The notes beneath the pieces were generated by a model. The model was not told where the DNA came from and searched no databases. It saw only the letters and a program-made list of their open reading frames with translations. This document shows positions 56,796-64,000 of a DNA stretch of 64,000 bases, piece after piece. The stretch comes from Candidatus Magasanikiibacteriota bacterium. Lineage in GTDB: Bacteria > Patescibacteriota > Patescibacteriia > Magasanikbacterales > 2-02-FULL-50-9b. How positions within the stretch are numbered: the stretch's first letter is position 1; each line of letters opens with the position of its first letter. Location: the NCBI GenBank assembly GCA_903893485.1, contig CAITMK010000014.1:66144-130143 (forward strand). Direction: 5' to 3'. Position numbers and translations under genes: made by a program.

Positions 56796-57164
56796 TTAGG
56801 AAATTCCTTCATCACGTGGCAAGCTCGGAATGTGTGTATTTTTGATACCCCGCACAGCATCACGGATTTTTTCAACGCCGTCTTTTACCGTTGTGATCAA
56901 AAAACCCGACGACATGGCCGCAACAAACCCAACCAAGGCTGCCGCATACGGCGCATCGTAGTAAGCTAAACCACCCGCAATAGCGGGCAAGGCAAGTCCT
57001 TCAACGATATGGTGCATGCCTTTATACATCTGCGCCGCAGTTTCGTTATGAATTAAAAGCTCTCTTTTTTCATCTTCCATTTCTCGATTCATTCTACGCA
57101 TTGGCGATTCGCGATGCAATTCTCGAGGCAATGGTAAGTCTTTTGGCAATGCAAGTTCGGCCAT
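56796..57164 (-). CDS. Hypothetical membrane protein
   Basis: 122 aa, central hydrophobic hairpin (LALPAIAGGLAYYDAPYAAALVGFVAAMSSGFLI). Confidence 0.4.
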   Translation of the reverse strand: MAELALPKDLPLPRELHRESPMRRMNREMEDEKRELLIHNETAAQMYKGMHHIVEGLALPAIAGGLAYYDAPYAAALVGFVAAMSSGFLITTVKDGVEKIRDAVRGIKNTHIPSLPRDEGIS

Positions 57165-57252
57165 ATAAAAATATTATGGAATTAGTATATCACACCGTGC
57201 GGGCATGGCTCTGGCACAGCACGCCCATTTACTGCTAAAATAGCCCTGCTCT

Positions 57253-58629
57253 ATGCACGAATATTCTGCGGCGGCAGAGATAGATTTTATTACTTCGACC
57301 CAGATACAGCGTCTTTTAAAATTTCAAAAAAAAATAGCGTCCTTGCACATTCCACTTGATACAAAAAACCTCGTGCAGGCGCAAACAAAAAATTTATTGG
57401 CGCTGTGTAAAAATGCAACACCTGACGCAGCTCGGACTTTGCAGGGCCAAGTCGCTGCGCTACTCGCCAGTGTTGATTGGCAATCCCCTTCTTTTTTGCA
57501 TTCAACGTATGCCGAAGCAGGTACCCAAGAAGGCCGAATCGTGGGCACGGTTAATGATTACAAGCGCGATCAACATTTTGACGCGGTTGATTATGAATCA
57601 GCATTTCGATCTCAATATATTGACGCCCCGCTACGCCTGCCGCCCGCGGTTTTTTTAACCAATAGCGGCATGGCCGCATTTTCGACGATTATTTCGTGTC
57701 TGCATATGGACGGCGCCGCAAACGGGCCAATCCTGGCGGGCAACGCCTGCTACTTTCAGGAAAAGCGAGTGCTTGAAAATTTTTTTCCAAAAACACTTCA
57801 CTTTGCTGACGAAACAAATAGTGAAAATTTTTTAGCCGCGGTTGAAAAATTGCAACCCGCGGTGATTTTTCTAGATACACTCTGCAATACCGAAAACATT
57901 GAGATGCCTGATTTAAAAAAATTAATTCCTGCAATTGCAAAAATAATTACGCGCACTACAACACTCGTGCTCGATAATACCGGACTCGGGCCCACCTATC
58001 AGCCGCTTGCCGATATGCCCGCGATTCCCGGCAAATTACGTCTTGTGGTATACGAAAGCTTACTGAAATATCATCAATTTGGTTTCGATCGCATCTCAGC
58101 GGGCATCATGTGGACACCAGGATTAACACCGATAAAATTATTTGCGCGTCGCATGGATTTAGGCACCAATATTTCAGATACTGCGGCGCTTTCACTCCCA
58201 GTTCCAAATCGCAAACTGCTCGAAGCTCGGATGATACAAATTGGCAGTAACGCCCGTTTCTTGGCGCATGAATTAGAAAATTTTATAAGCACGCGTAAAA
58301 CAAAATTTACTGGCGTTTCCTACCCAGGACTTACACCAGCTCAAGAAAAAACTTTTTACGGTGGATGTCTCGTGCTTCGCGGTGCGGCAAAAAAACCAGA
58401 CGTCGCCTTGTATAATCGATTCATTGCCACCGTTATTACCGAAGCAAAAAAGCAACATATCCCCCTTATTGCCGGCTCCAGTTTTGGATTCAACACTACC
58501 CGAATTTACCTCACCGCGCTGCGTGCAGACACCATAACACGCCCATTCTTACGCATTTCTGCCGGAACTGAGTCGCCAACACAAATCAAAGCGCTTGCAG
58601 AAATCTTCAAAAAAGCACTTGGCCATTGA
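57253..58629 (+). CDS. PLP-dependent enzyme of the Cys/Met-metabolism (cystathionine gamma-synthase / beta-lyase-like) fold, with roughly 100-aa N-terminal extension
   Basis: TNSGMAAFSTIISCL and YESLLKYHQFG resemble the TSSGMAA… and S-x-TKYxxGH (PLP-Lys) motifs of that family. Assignment is tentative. Confidence 0.5.
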   Translation: MHEYSAAAEIDFITSTQIQRLLKFQKKIASLHIPLDTKNLVQAQTKNLLALCKNATPDAARTLQGQVAALLASVDWQSPSFLHSTYAEAGTQEGRIVGTVNDYKRDQHFDAVDYESAFRSQYIDAPLRLPPAVFLTNSGMAAFSTIISCLHMDGAANGPILAGNACYFQEKRVLENFFPKTLHFADETNSENFLAAVEKLQPAVIFLDTLCNTENIEMPDLKKLIPAIAKIITRTTTLVLDNTGLGPTYQPLADMPAIPGKLRLVVYESLLKYHQFGFDRISAGIMWTPGLTPIKLFARRMDLGTNISDTAALSLPVPNRKLLEARMIQIGSNARFLAHELENFISTRKTKFTGVSYPGLTPAQEKTFYGGCLVLRGAAKKPDVALYNRFIATVITEAKKQHIPLIAGSSFGFNTTRIYLTALRADTITRPFLRISAGTESPTQIKALAEIFKKALGH

Positions 58630-58698
58630 CAGAAAAGCGAAATTCTGCTACACTAGGCATCAATACGGTCGACTCTCAATCAAAACAAGCTTTCCAAT

Positions 58699-58902
58699 AT
58701 GACAGGTTCTATCAAGTCCCTTCCACCAGGCAAAGAGTTCGGCTTCATCAGCCAATCAAACGGCGACAAAGACGTGTTTTTCCACACATCTGAAGTTGTT
58801 GCTCCACTCGCATTCGCAGACCTCAAAATCGGCGATACAGTGACTTTTGAGCTTCAGGATTCTCCAAAGGGTCCTAAGGCAACTCAGGTTGCTCGCGCAT
58901 AA
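58699..58902 (+). CDS. Cold-shock protein (CspA family)
   Basis: GSIKSLPPGKEFGFISQSNGDKDVFFHTSEV…GDTVTFELQDSPKGPKATQV cold-shock domain. 67 aa. Confidence 0.85.
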   Translation: MTGSIKSLPPGKEFGFISQSNGDKDVFFHTSEVVAPLAFADLKIGDTVTFELQDSPKGPKATQVARA

Positions 58903-58917
58903 TTGCACGACATCCCA

Positions 58918-58945
58918 AACAGCCGCCCTTCGGGGCGGTTTTTTG
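58918..58945 (+). terminator. Rho-independent terminator after the csp gene
   Basis: AAACAGCCGCCC-TTCG-GGGCGGTTTTTT. Confidence 0.65.
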
Positions 58946-59034
58946 TTTGCATCAAAATTGACTAATGGCAGTAAATAGCGTAAAAAAGGTAAAGGGCAGC
59001 CGCCCACATATCCGAAAACCCAGCAAGGAGATCT

Positions 59035-59814
59035 TTGATGAAATCGCACAATATTCTGCCCACGGGCTATCAGAGCCTACGGGAATTTTGGCGCGCGAGC
59101 GCCCTTCATACGGCAACGTGTGGTGCTCTTACCGATTTCGAAATCTGGAGCGTCAAGCGCCATCTGGACAACCACCAGACGTGCGTGGACTTTCAATGCC
59201 CGGTCATGAAAATCGATAAGTGGCTACTGCTACTTGATGCGTTCATTTTTGTTGGCTGCTCCGCGATTGGATTCGTAATCATTTCAGGATGGCTCCTGAT
59301 CGGATTGCCGATTGCAGGGATCAGCTTTTACGTCAGGGGGAAACTGATTCAAAGCCAACTGGCATACCATCGTAGTCAAGAAGCAGCACCACCCGGCAAC
59401 ATGGATACGATCCGCGCGCGAGGATTCGTGCAATGGGATATCCAGCAGATGCAAACCCACTGGGCATCAGTGCAAGCGTGGCACCGCGATGTGGAGCAAG
59501 ACCCGCTCAATCAGGCCAAGCTGCTAACGCATTCTGAGGACTTTACGGGGGTCGTAGAGGCCTATTTGAACCATCAGCGCGGTAAAGCCATTGCAGCCGA
59601 CTTCAACAGCCTGTACGAGCTGCACCTGGCTACCGTGAATTTGTACCAAAAATACACCACGGCCGCAGATCAGGCCGTGGCGAGCCGACAAAAGCTGGGC
59701 GAATTGGCTCCCGGTATTCATCTGAAAATGGTTGCGGTGCAAGTGGGCGCCATGCGTACAACACTGCGTCAGATGCGAGCAATCGCAAATCTGCCAATCA
59801 ACACATCCTTGTAA
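59035..59814 (+). CDS. Hypothetical membrane protein (GC-elevated)
   Basis: 259 aa. Two TM helices around residues 60-100, C-terminal helical domain. Confidence 0.5.
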   Translation: MMKSHNILPTGYQSLREFWRASALHTATCGALTDFEIWSVKRHLDNHQTCVDFQCPVMKIDKWLLLLDAFIFVGCSAIGFVIISGWLLIGLPIAGISFYVRGKLIQSQLAYHRSQEAAPPGNMDTIRARGFVQWDIQQMQTHWASVQAWHRDVEQDPLNQAKLLTHSEDFTGVVEAYLNHQRGKAIAADFNSLYELHLATVNLYQKYTTAADQAVASRQKLGELAPGIHLKMVAVQVGAMRTTLRQMRAIANLPINTSL

Positions 59815-59944
59815 CAATATTCTCGGGGTTTGGTCAAAAGCCGAGCTCCGAGGATTTATTTTTTTAAGCCACAAAGACCTCTTGCGTAATTAGAAATAAT
59901 TTGATACAATTTGGCGGTAAAATTGAATAGGCGTGGAGAGGTGG

Positions 59945-60034
59945 CCGAGTGGTTTAAGGCAACGGTCTTGAAAACCGTCATAGGTGAAAGCTTATCGAGA
60001 GTTCGAATCTCTCCCTCTCCGCCAGGACAATTTC
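59945..60034 (+). tRNA. tRNA-Ser (TGA)
   Basis: Acceptor GGAGAGG/CCTCTCC, anticodon loop CTTGAAA, long variable arm, T-arm GAGTTCGAATCTC, encoded CCA. 90 nt. Confidence 0.9.
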
Positions 60035-60195
60035 TTATCGAGCGACTCACTTTCTTGGCTAAAATTAGCCAAATAATTGAGCCATCAATGAGGCCTTGTC
60101 CGAGCAATATAAAACGACCCCATTTGGGGTCGTTTTATATTTACAACATCCTAACGCGAGAACGAATACTGTGCACGTTTAGTAATGTACACCGA

Positions 60196-63100
60196 TTACG
60201 CCCCAAGCGTATCCAAAGGCTTCCGTGGTGCTGAACGCAGATGCCGTGCCTGAGCACGAAGCACCTCGAGTTTCAAATTATCATCTGAAATAATATCTCC
60301 TCGAATTGTCGTGAATTTACCAGGCTCGCCCGCAAACTCCTTGCTTGCCATTTTTGCAAACGCCTCCACCATATCTTCGGGAGGTTTGTTACCCTGATTC
60401 AGGTATTTCTTTGAAAGAATAAAAACTCGATGAGTATTCGTACCAAGTTTTTTAAACATTTTCTTTGCTCGCTGAAGATCTTCTTTTGTGTCTATGATAA
60501 CCGCGCCTTCTGGTAATCCAAGCTTTTTTTCGCGAGAATCATCATTTGGCGGACCACTTTCACCCCCTTTCGGTGGGCGTGGCTCTGATGATGGAGTTTC
60601 CATTGCACCACGCGCCCATTCAGGTGTTACCAAAATCGGATCAATCCAGCCCGCGCCCGCGCCATTCAGATTTTTTACAACTGTTGTTGTATCTTCAATC
60701 GCGTGAATAATCGCGCCACCCGGACCATGACCAACACCTGTTGCAAGCGTATCATATCCTGCGGTACCACCACGTCGAAACACCGCTTCTGCAGCAAATT
60801 TAAGTTTACCGGCTTTGTTAATTAAAATATCGTGCAATGGATCTGACTTATCGATGACTAATTCTCCATGCTCATCTAATGGGATATCTACGCCCATAAC
60901 ATGCACCTTGAAGTTGCTTGCAACATCTTTTAGATTGCCGCCTCTTACCGCAGCGCGCAAATCTGCAAATTTATTATCATGCGTTCCGTCCGTATTTTTT
61001 GCACCATGCTTCATCATTTGTTGAAGCATTTTCTTCATAGAAAGCACGGTTTTACCAACACGATGTCTCAATTCAAGCTGCTGCTCCTTACCATCAAATT
61101 TAAACGTTTCATTGTTATGGTAATCGGCTCGAGCTCCTGGCGCATGTCCAAAACGATTTTCCATGTATGCTTTTATGCCCGCGTTATTCAGATGATGTGT
61201 AACAACTGCGTGATCCACAACTGTTTGAACCGCGTCTACTTTTACAATGCCGGCGTGAACAAGCGCTGCGTGCAATGCGCCCACATCATGACCCTGAAAA
61301 ACTTTGGAAAGCGGAAGACCCCAATTGTCAACAAGCATCCCCATCCCCTTATCGTTTGTTATAAACTGAACGTGATCTGGGAGCTGCACATGCGATCCAT
61401 CTGGAAGAGTAATGTTGTGAATTTGAGAAGTTATTTCGCTGCCACCCAAAAATGTTTTCACAATATGTTCTGACCCACTGTGAATCCAGTTTGAAAGAGA
61501 ATTCATTGAGCCACTGAGTCCATCATTATACAAACTACTGCCGGCATTAATCACCGAGCGCATCAGCACACCACCCGCGATACCAATAACAGAGCCGCCA
61601 ACAACTGCCTTTACCGTTTCCCAACGTTTGAAGCTTTTAAATTCATCATCTTGTTTTGCGACAGCTGCGAGTGTACCCTCTTCCATATGTCGCATATCTT
61701 CCGCGAAGATCTCTGCATTACCCGCTTCGGCTTGAATACGTTTTAATTCCGCACGAATTTTATTAAGCGAAAAAAGTTTTGTATTTCTTGCACCTTCTTC
61801 TGCATCAACCGCAAACATATCGATATGATTTGTGCGTTCGATTTTTTCTTTTGCCATGATTTGGCTTATGTTTGTGCGCTGCTCAGGTGTTAGCCGTGCG
61901 CCATTACACGTTTGCAAATATGCAATTACTTCACCGGCCTGCATGATCTCATCTCGATATCCAAGGCTGCGAATTTTTTCGGCGCGGTCACCACCTGCAT
62001 GTTTACCCAGTGCTTCTCGGCGCATTTCAAGACCGCGATCGCGTCTTAATTCTGCTGAACGGCGTGCACCGGCAAAACCACCGCCCATAAGTGCAGCGGC
62101 TGCTACTGGCGCTCCCGCCAACAATGATGAGCCTCTGACGCCCACACCAATACCCATTCTCACAGCAAAATTGGCAAGCGCACTAGTTGCAGCACCCGCA
62201 AAAATAGGACTCGTTAACCGTCCAAGAATTGGAAGCGACTGAATACGGTTTACAACATTATCTACAAACGATTTTGATCCATCAGGAAATCGATTTGCGA
62301 TATCACGTTCCTTTCGACCAAGCTGCACATCAACTGCCATGGTGCCACGAACAAACTTTGCGATAGCTTCTTTATTTTCTGCTCCATGTTCGGCAGCAGC
62401 TTCTTGAATTGAACGCTGAATTTCTGACTTATATTCTTCTGCGTATTTAAAAAGATTTGTTGCGTACAGTGCACCCTGATCATTTGCCGCCACAGGTCCC
62501 TTCGAAAATGTGCGGCCCTTAAGATAAGTTTGCACGATACGTACATCAACTTCTCTGTCGAATTCAGCACGCGTTCGAATCTCTCCTTGTGCGTAGCGCA
62601 TCATAATCGATGCAACTTCTTGGTTGATTTGTTCATTGTTTTCAATTTTTTCGCCTTTTTCGTGTTCTTGAACAAGACCCTGATCGTACGCTTTAAATAC
62701 TTCATCTAAATACTTTTCCGAGTCACCCAAACTTCCAGGCGTAATTACAACATCACTTTTGTGGATCAAGTGCGCTTCAATGGTTGCCATCAAATTACGA
62801 TTCTGAATAATTGCGGATTTTGCTTCCTGAAAAAATTTCTCTCGCTGACCACTTCCACCCGCACGTGCCAAGAACCGCTTAAAAAAACCATTCTTTTTAG
62901 TATCATTCAAATATTCATTCTCTTTTTCTTCAGCAACACGCTGCGCAAGCTGATTCACAAGCGGCGTCACATCATTCACACCCATTTCAAATTTCATGGA
63001 TGGAAGACGAGCGGGGCGTTTTACGTCATCAGTCACCTCGTTCAAGTTTTTTACACGCATGTAATCTTCAAGCGTAAACCGCGGATCCTCTTTATATGAC

Positions 63101-63216
63101 ACATGAAGCGCGTCACGAATTCGCGCTGATAATTCCGCGTCAGTTTCGTCAGATGCAGCATCACGACCATAGGTGGCGTCGGTGATTTCAAATTTTTTGA
63201 AAGGTTCTTTTGGCAT
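60196..63216 (-). CDS. Giant hypothetical protein (1006 aa) with two internal Gly-rich TM regions separating three soluble regions
   Basis: Long uninterrupted ORF. TM/Gly-zipper segments (ILGRLTSPIFAGAATSALANFAVRMGIGVGV…AGAPVAAAALMGGGFAG and AVVGGSVIGIAGGVLM). No recognisable catalytic motif. Confidence 0.7.
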   Translation of the reverse strand: MPKEPFKKFEITDATYGRDAASDETDAELSARIRDALHVSYKEDPRFTLEDYMRVKNLNEVTDDVKRPARLPSMKFEMGVNDVTPLVNQLAQRVAEEKENEYLNDTKKNGFFKRFLARAGGSGQREKFFQEAKSAIIQNRNLMATIEAHLIHKSDVVITPGSLGDSEKYLDEVFKAYDQGLVQEHEKGEKIENNEQINQEVASIMMRYAQGEIRTRAEFDREVDVRIVQTYLKGRTFSKGPVAANDQGALYATNLFKYAEEYKSEIQRSIQEAAAEHGAENKEAIAKFVRGTMAVDVQLGRKERDIANRFPDGSKSFVDNVVNRIQSLPILGRLTSPIFAGAATSALANFAVRMGIGVGVRGSSLLAGAPVAAAALMGGGFAGARRSAELRRDRGLEMRREALGKHAGGDRAEKIRSLGYRDEIMQAGEVIAYLQTCNGARLTPEQRTNISQIMAKEKIERTNHIDMFAVDAEEGARNTKLFSLNKIRAELKRIQAEAGNAEIFAEDMRHMEEGTLAAVAKQDDEFKSFKRWETVKAVVGGSVIGIAGGVLMRSVINAGSSLYNDGLSGSMNSLSNWIHSGSEHIVKTFLGGSEITSQIHNITLPDGSHVQLPDHVQFITNDKGMGMLVDNWGLPLSKVFQGHDVGALHAALVHAGIVKVDAVQTVVDHAVVTHHLNNAGIKAYMENRFGHAPGARADYHNNETFKFDGKEQQLELRHRVGKTVLSMKKMLQQMMKHGAKNTDGTHDNKFADLRAAVRGGNLKDVASNFKVHVMGVDIPLDEHGELVIDKSDPLHDILINKAGKLKFAAEAVFRRGGTAGYDTLATGVGHGPGGAIIHAIEDTTTVVKNLNGAGAGWIDPILVTPEWARGAMETPSSEPRPPKGGESGPPNDDSREKKLGLPEGAVIIDTKEDLQRAKKMFKKLGTNTHRVFILSKKYLNQGNKPPEDMVEAFAKMASKEFAGEPGKFTTIRGDIISDDNLKLEVLRAQARHLRSAPRKPLDTLGA

Positions 63217-63220
63217 ACTA

Positions 63221-63601
63221 CTAAGCTAAACTTGATAAAAATGTATCCTTGAAATCGAGGAGCGATTGCGCTACCACATCCGAGCTATTCAATACAGCGC
63301 CCTGCAAAAAAAGCGAGATCTGGCTCTCTGGCGCACCCGATGTAGCCAGCTGTTCGAATTCTGCCAATCTTTCGTCCGACAACTTTGCGAGCAAGTCAAG
63401 AAAAATTTGATGTTGAACGCGACCAAACAATTCCGTGATCATTGAAGTGCGCAGCTCAGCATTTGTCGGCTGAATCCCAGCTTCGATAAGCAAGCGTTCG
63501 AGATACAAACGCACATCGTCTGGAATGAGAACGCCATTTTCATCTGTCATGGCAGTAACTGTCATAGGTAAAGAAAATAAATTGTATGTAGTATACACCA
63601 A
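63221..63601 (-). CDS. Hypothetical small acidic protein, immediately upstream (4-nt gap) of the giant gene
   Basis: 126-aa ORF, or about 110 aa from MTVTAMTDENG. Helical and acidic. No domain recognised. Confidence 0.45.
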   Translation of the reverse strand: MVYTTYNLFSLPMTVTAMTDENGVLIPDDVRLYLERLLIEAGIQPTNAELRTSMITELFGRVQHQIFLDLLAKLSDERLAEFEQLATSGAPESQISLFLQGAVLNSSDVVAQSLLDFKDTFLSSLA

Positions 63602-63656
63602 AAATCAAAAATCTCAAAAAGAATCCACTTATTTTTTTGATAATTCTTTAACCATT

Positions 63657-64000
63657 CTACAAACGCTCAGTGTAATTACGAATTGCCCCCATAAAAAGTT
63701 CCCCAAATTGAGAAAGCTTTAAATTACCAACGCCATTAATTTGCAAAAAAGCAGCCGGCGTTTGCGGCAATTGCGCAGCCATCTCCTGAAGCGCTTTGTC
63801 GCCAAACACAATATATGGTGGAACGCCAAGTCGTGAAGCTTCGCTCGTTCGAATAGCACGAAGTTCCTCAAACAACATCTTATCAAAAGCAACAGCCCCC
63901 ACCGAAGCAGCTATTTTTTTTGCTTTTGAAATCACTTTAATTTCAAGTGGTGCATGCGGCGCGCACACATCACAATTTCCACAATTCACCACATCCGAAT
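63657..64000 (-). CDS. recQ: ATP-dependent DNA helicase RecQ, C-terminal part (gene continues beyond window end)
   Basis: Zn-binding CGNCDVC followed by an HRDC-like domain (LFEELRAIRTSEASRLGVPPYIVFGDKALQEMA…INGVGNLKLSQFGELFMGAIR). The frame is open to the window edge. Confidence 0.7.
   Translation of the reverse strand, partial: SDVVNCGNCDVCAPHAPLEIKVISKAKKIAASVGAVAFDKMLFEELRAIRTSEASRLGVPPYIVFGDKALQEMAAQLPQTPAAFLQINGVGNLKLSQFGELFMGAIRNYTERL

Noticed and set aside
59911-60234. 107-aa plus-strand ORF
   Set aside because: It fully overlaps tRNA-Ser(TGA) and its flanks. No coding signal.
1-64000. CRISPR array or cas genes
   Set aside because: No regularly spaced short direct repeats were seen. 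The only exact direct repeat found is the 99-bp intragenic duplication at 13209-13505.

Overview
This window has a low-GC gene-dense background (roughly 45-50% GC by eye). It looks like a monoderm-type, possibly CPR/Patescibacteria-like, bacterium; the cues are a class-type sortase with an LPXTG substrate, peptidoglycan-binding and giant surface proteins, and many small hypothetical genes. Housekeeping genes are clearly recognisable: an infC-rpmI-rplT operon followed by tRNA-Asp(GTC), tRNA-Ser(TGA), smpB, a tmRNA (ssrA) with a G3-U70 wobble, a cold-shock protein, a P-type ATPase, a UDP-glucuronate decarboxylase, a U32 peptidase plus ferredoxin, an HxlR/YceI pair, and the 3' end of recQ at the right edge. 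A surface-polysaccharide locus carries three GT4 glycosyltransferases and a Wzy-like ligase, placed downstream of an ECF sigma / anti-sigma / HTH module and of a large surface protein gene that runs off the left edge. The most striking feature is a foreign-looking island of about 8 kb at about 12.4-20.5 kb with roughly 60-65% GC. It holds five same-strand genes, each with its own terminator, encoding Cys-rich secreted lipoproteins with Myxococcota-type repeats (MopE-like metal-binding motifs and C-x-DGN-x-CT-x-D-x-C disulfide repeats) and a C-terminal-Phe beta-barrel outer-membrane protein. Its left side is flanked by a degraded RhuM-family gene and a GC-intermediate two-gene segment. The island splits the polysaccharide locus from a Wzz-like gene. 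It is either a recent horizontal acquisition from a diderm (Myxococcota/Bdellovibrionota-like) donor or an assembly chimera. Other notable items are a 1942-aa Asp-box (BNR) / PA14 / peptidoglycan-binding surface protein, an ice-binding-like (DUF3494) LPXTG protein with an adjacent sortase, a 1006-aa multi-TM hypothetical with a small partner gene, several further GC-elevated hypothetical gene blocks, and an in-frame TAG joining two small ORFs. No CRISPR array, integrase or transposase was recognised. The ORF track evidently allows GTG/TTG starts and omits edge-truncated ORFs. Coordinates of refined starts may be off by a base or two.
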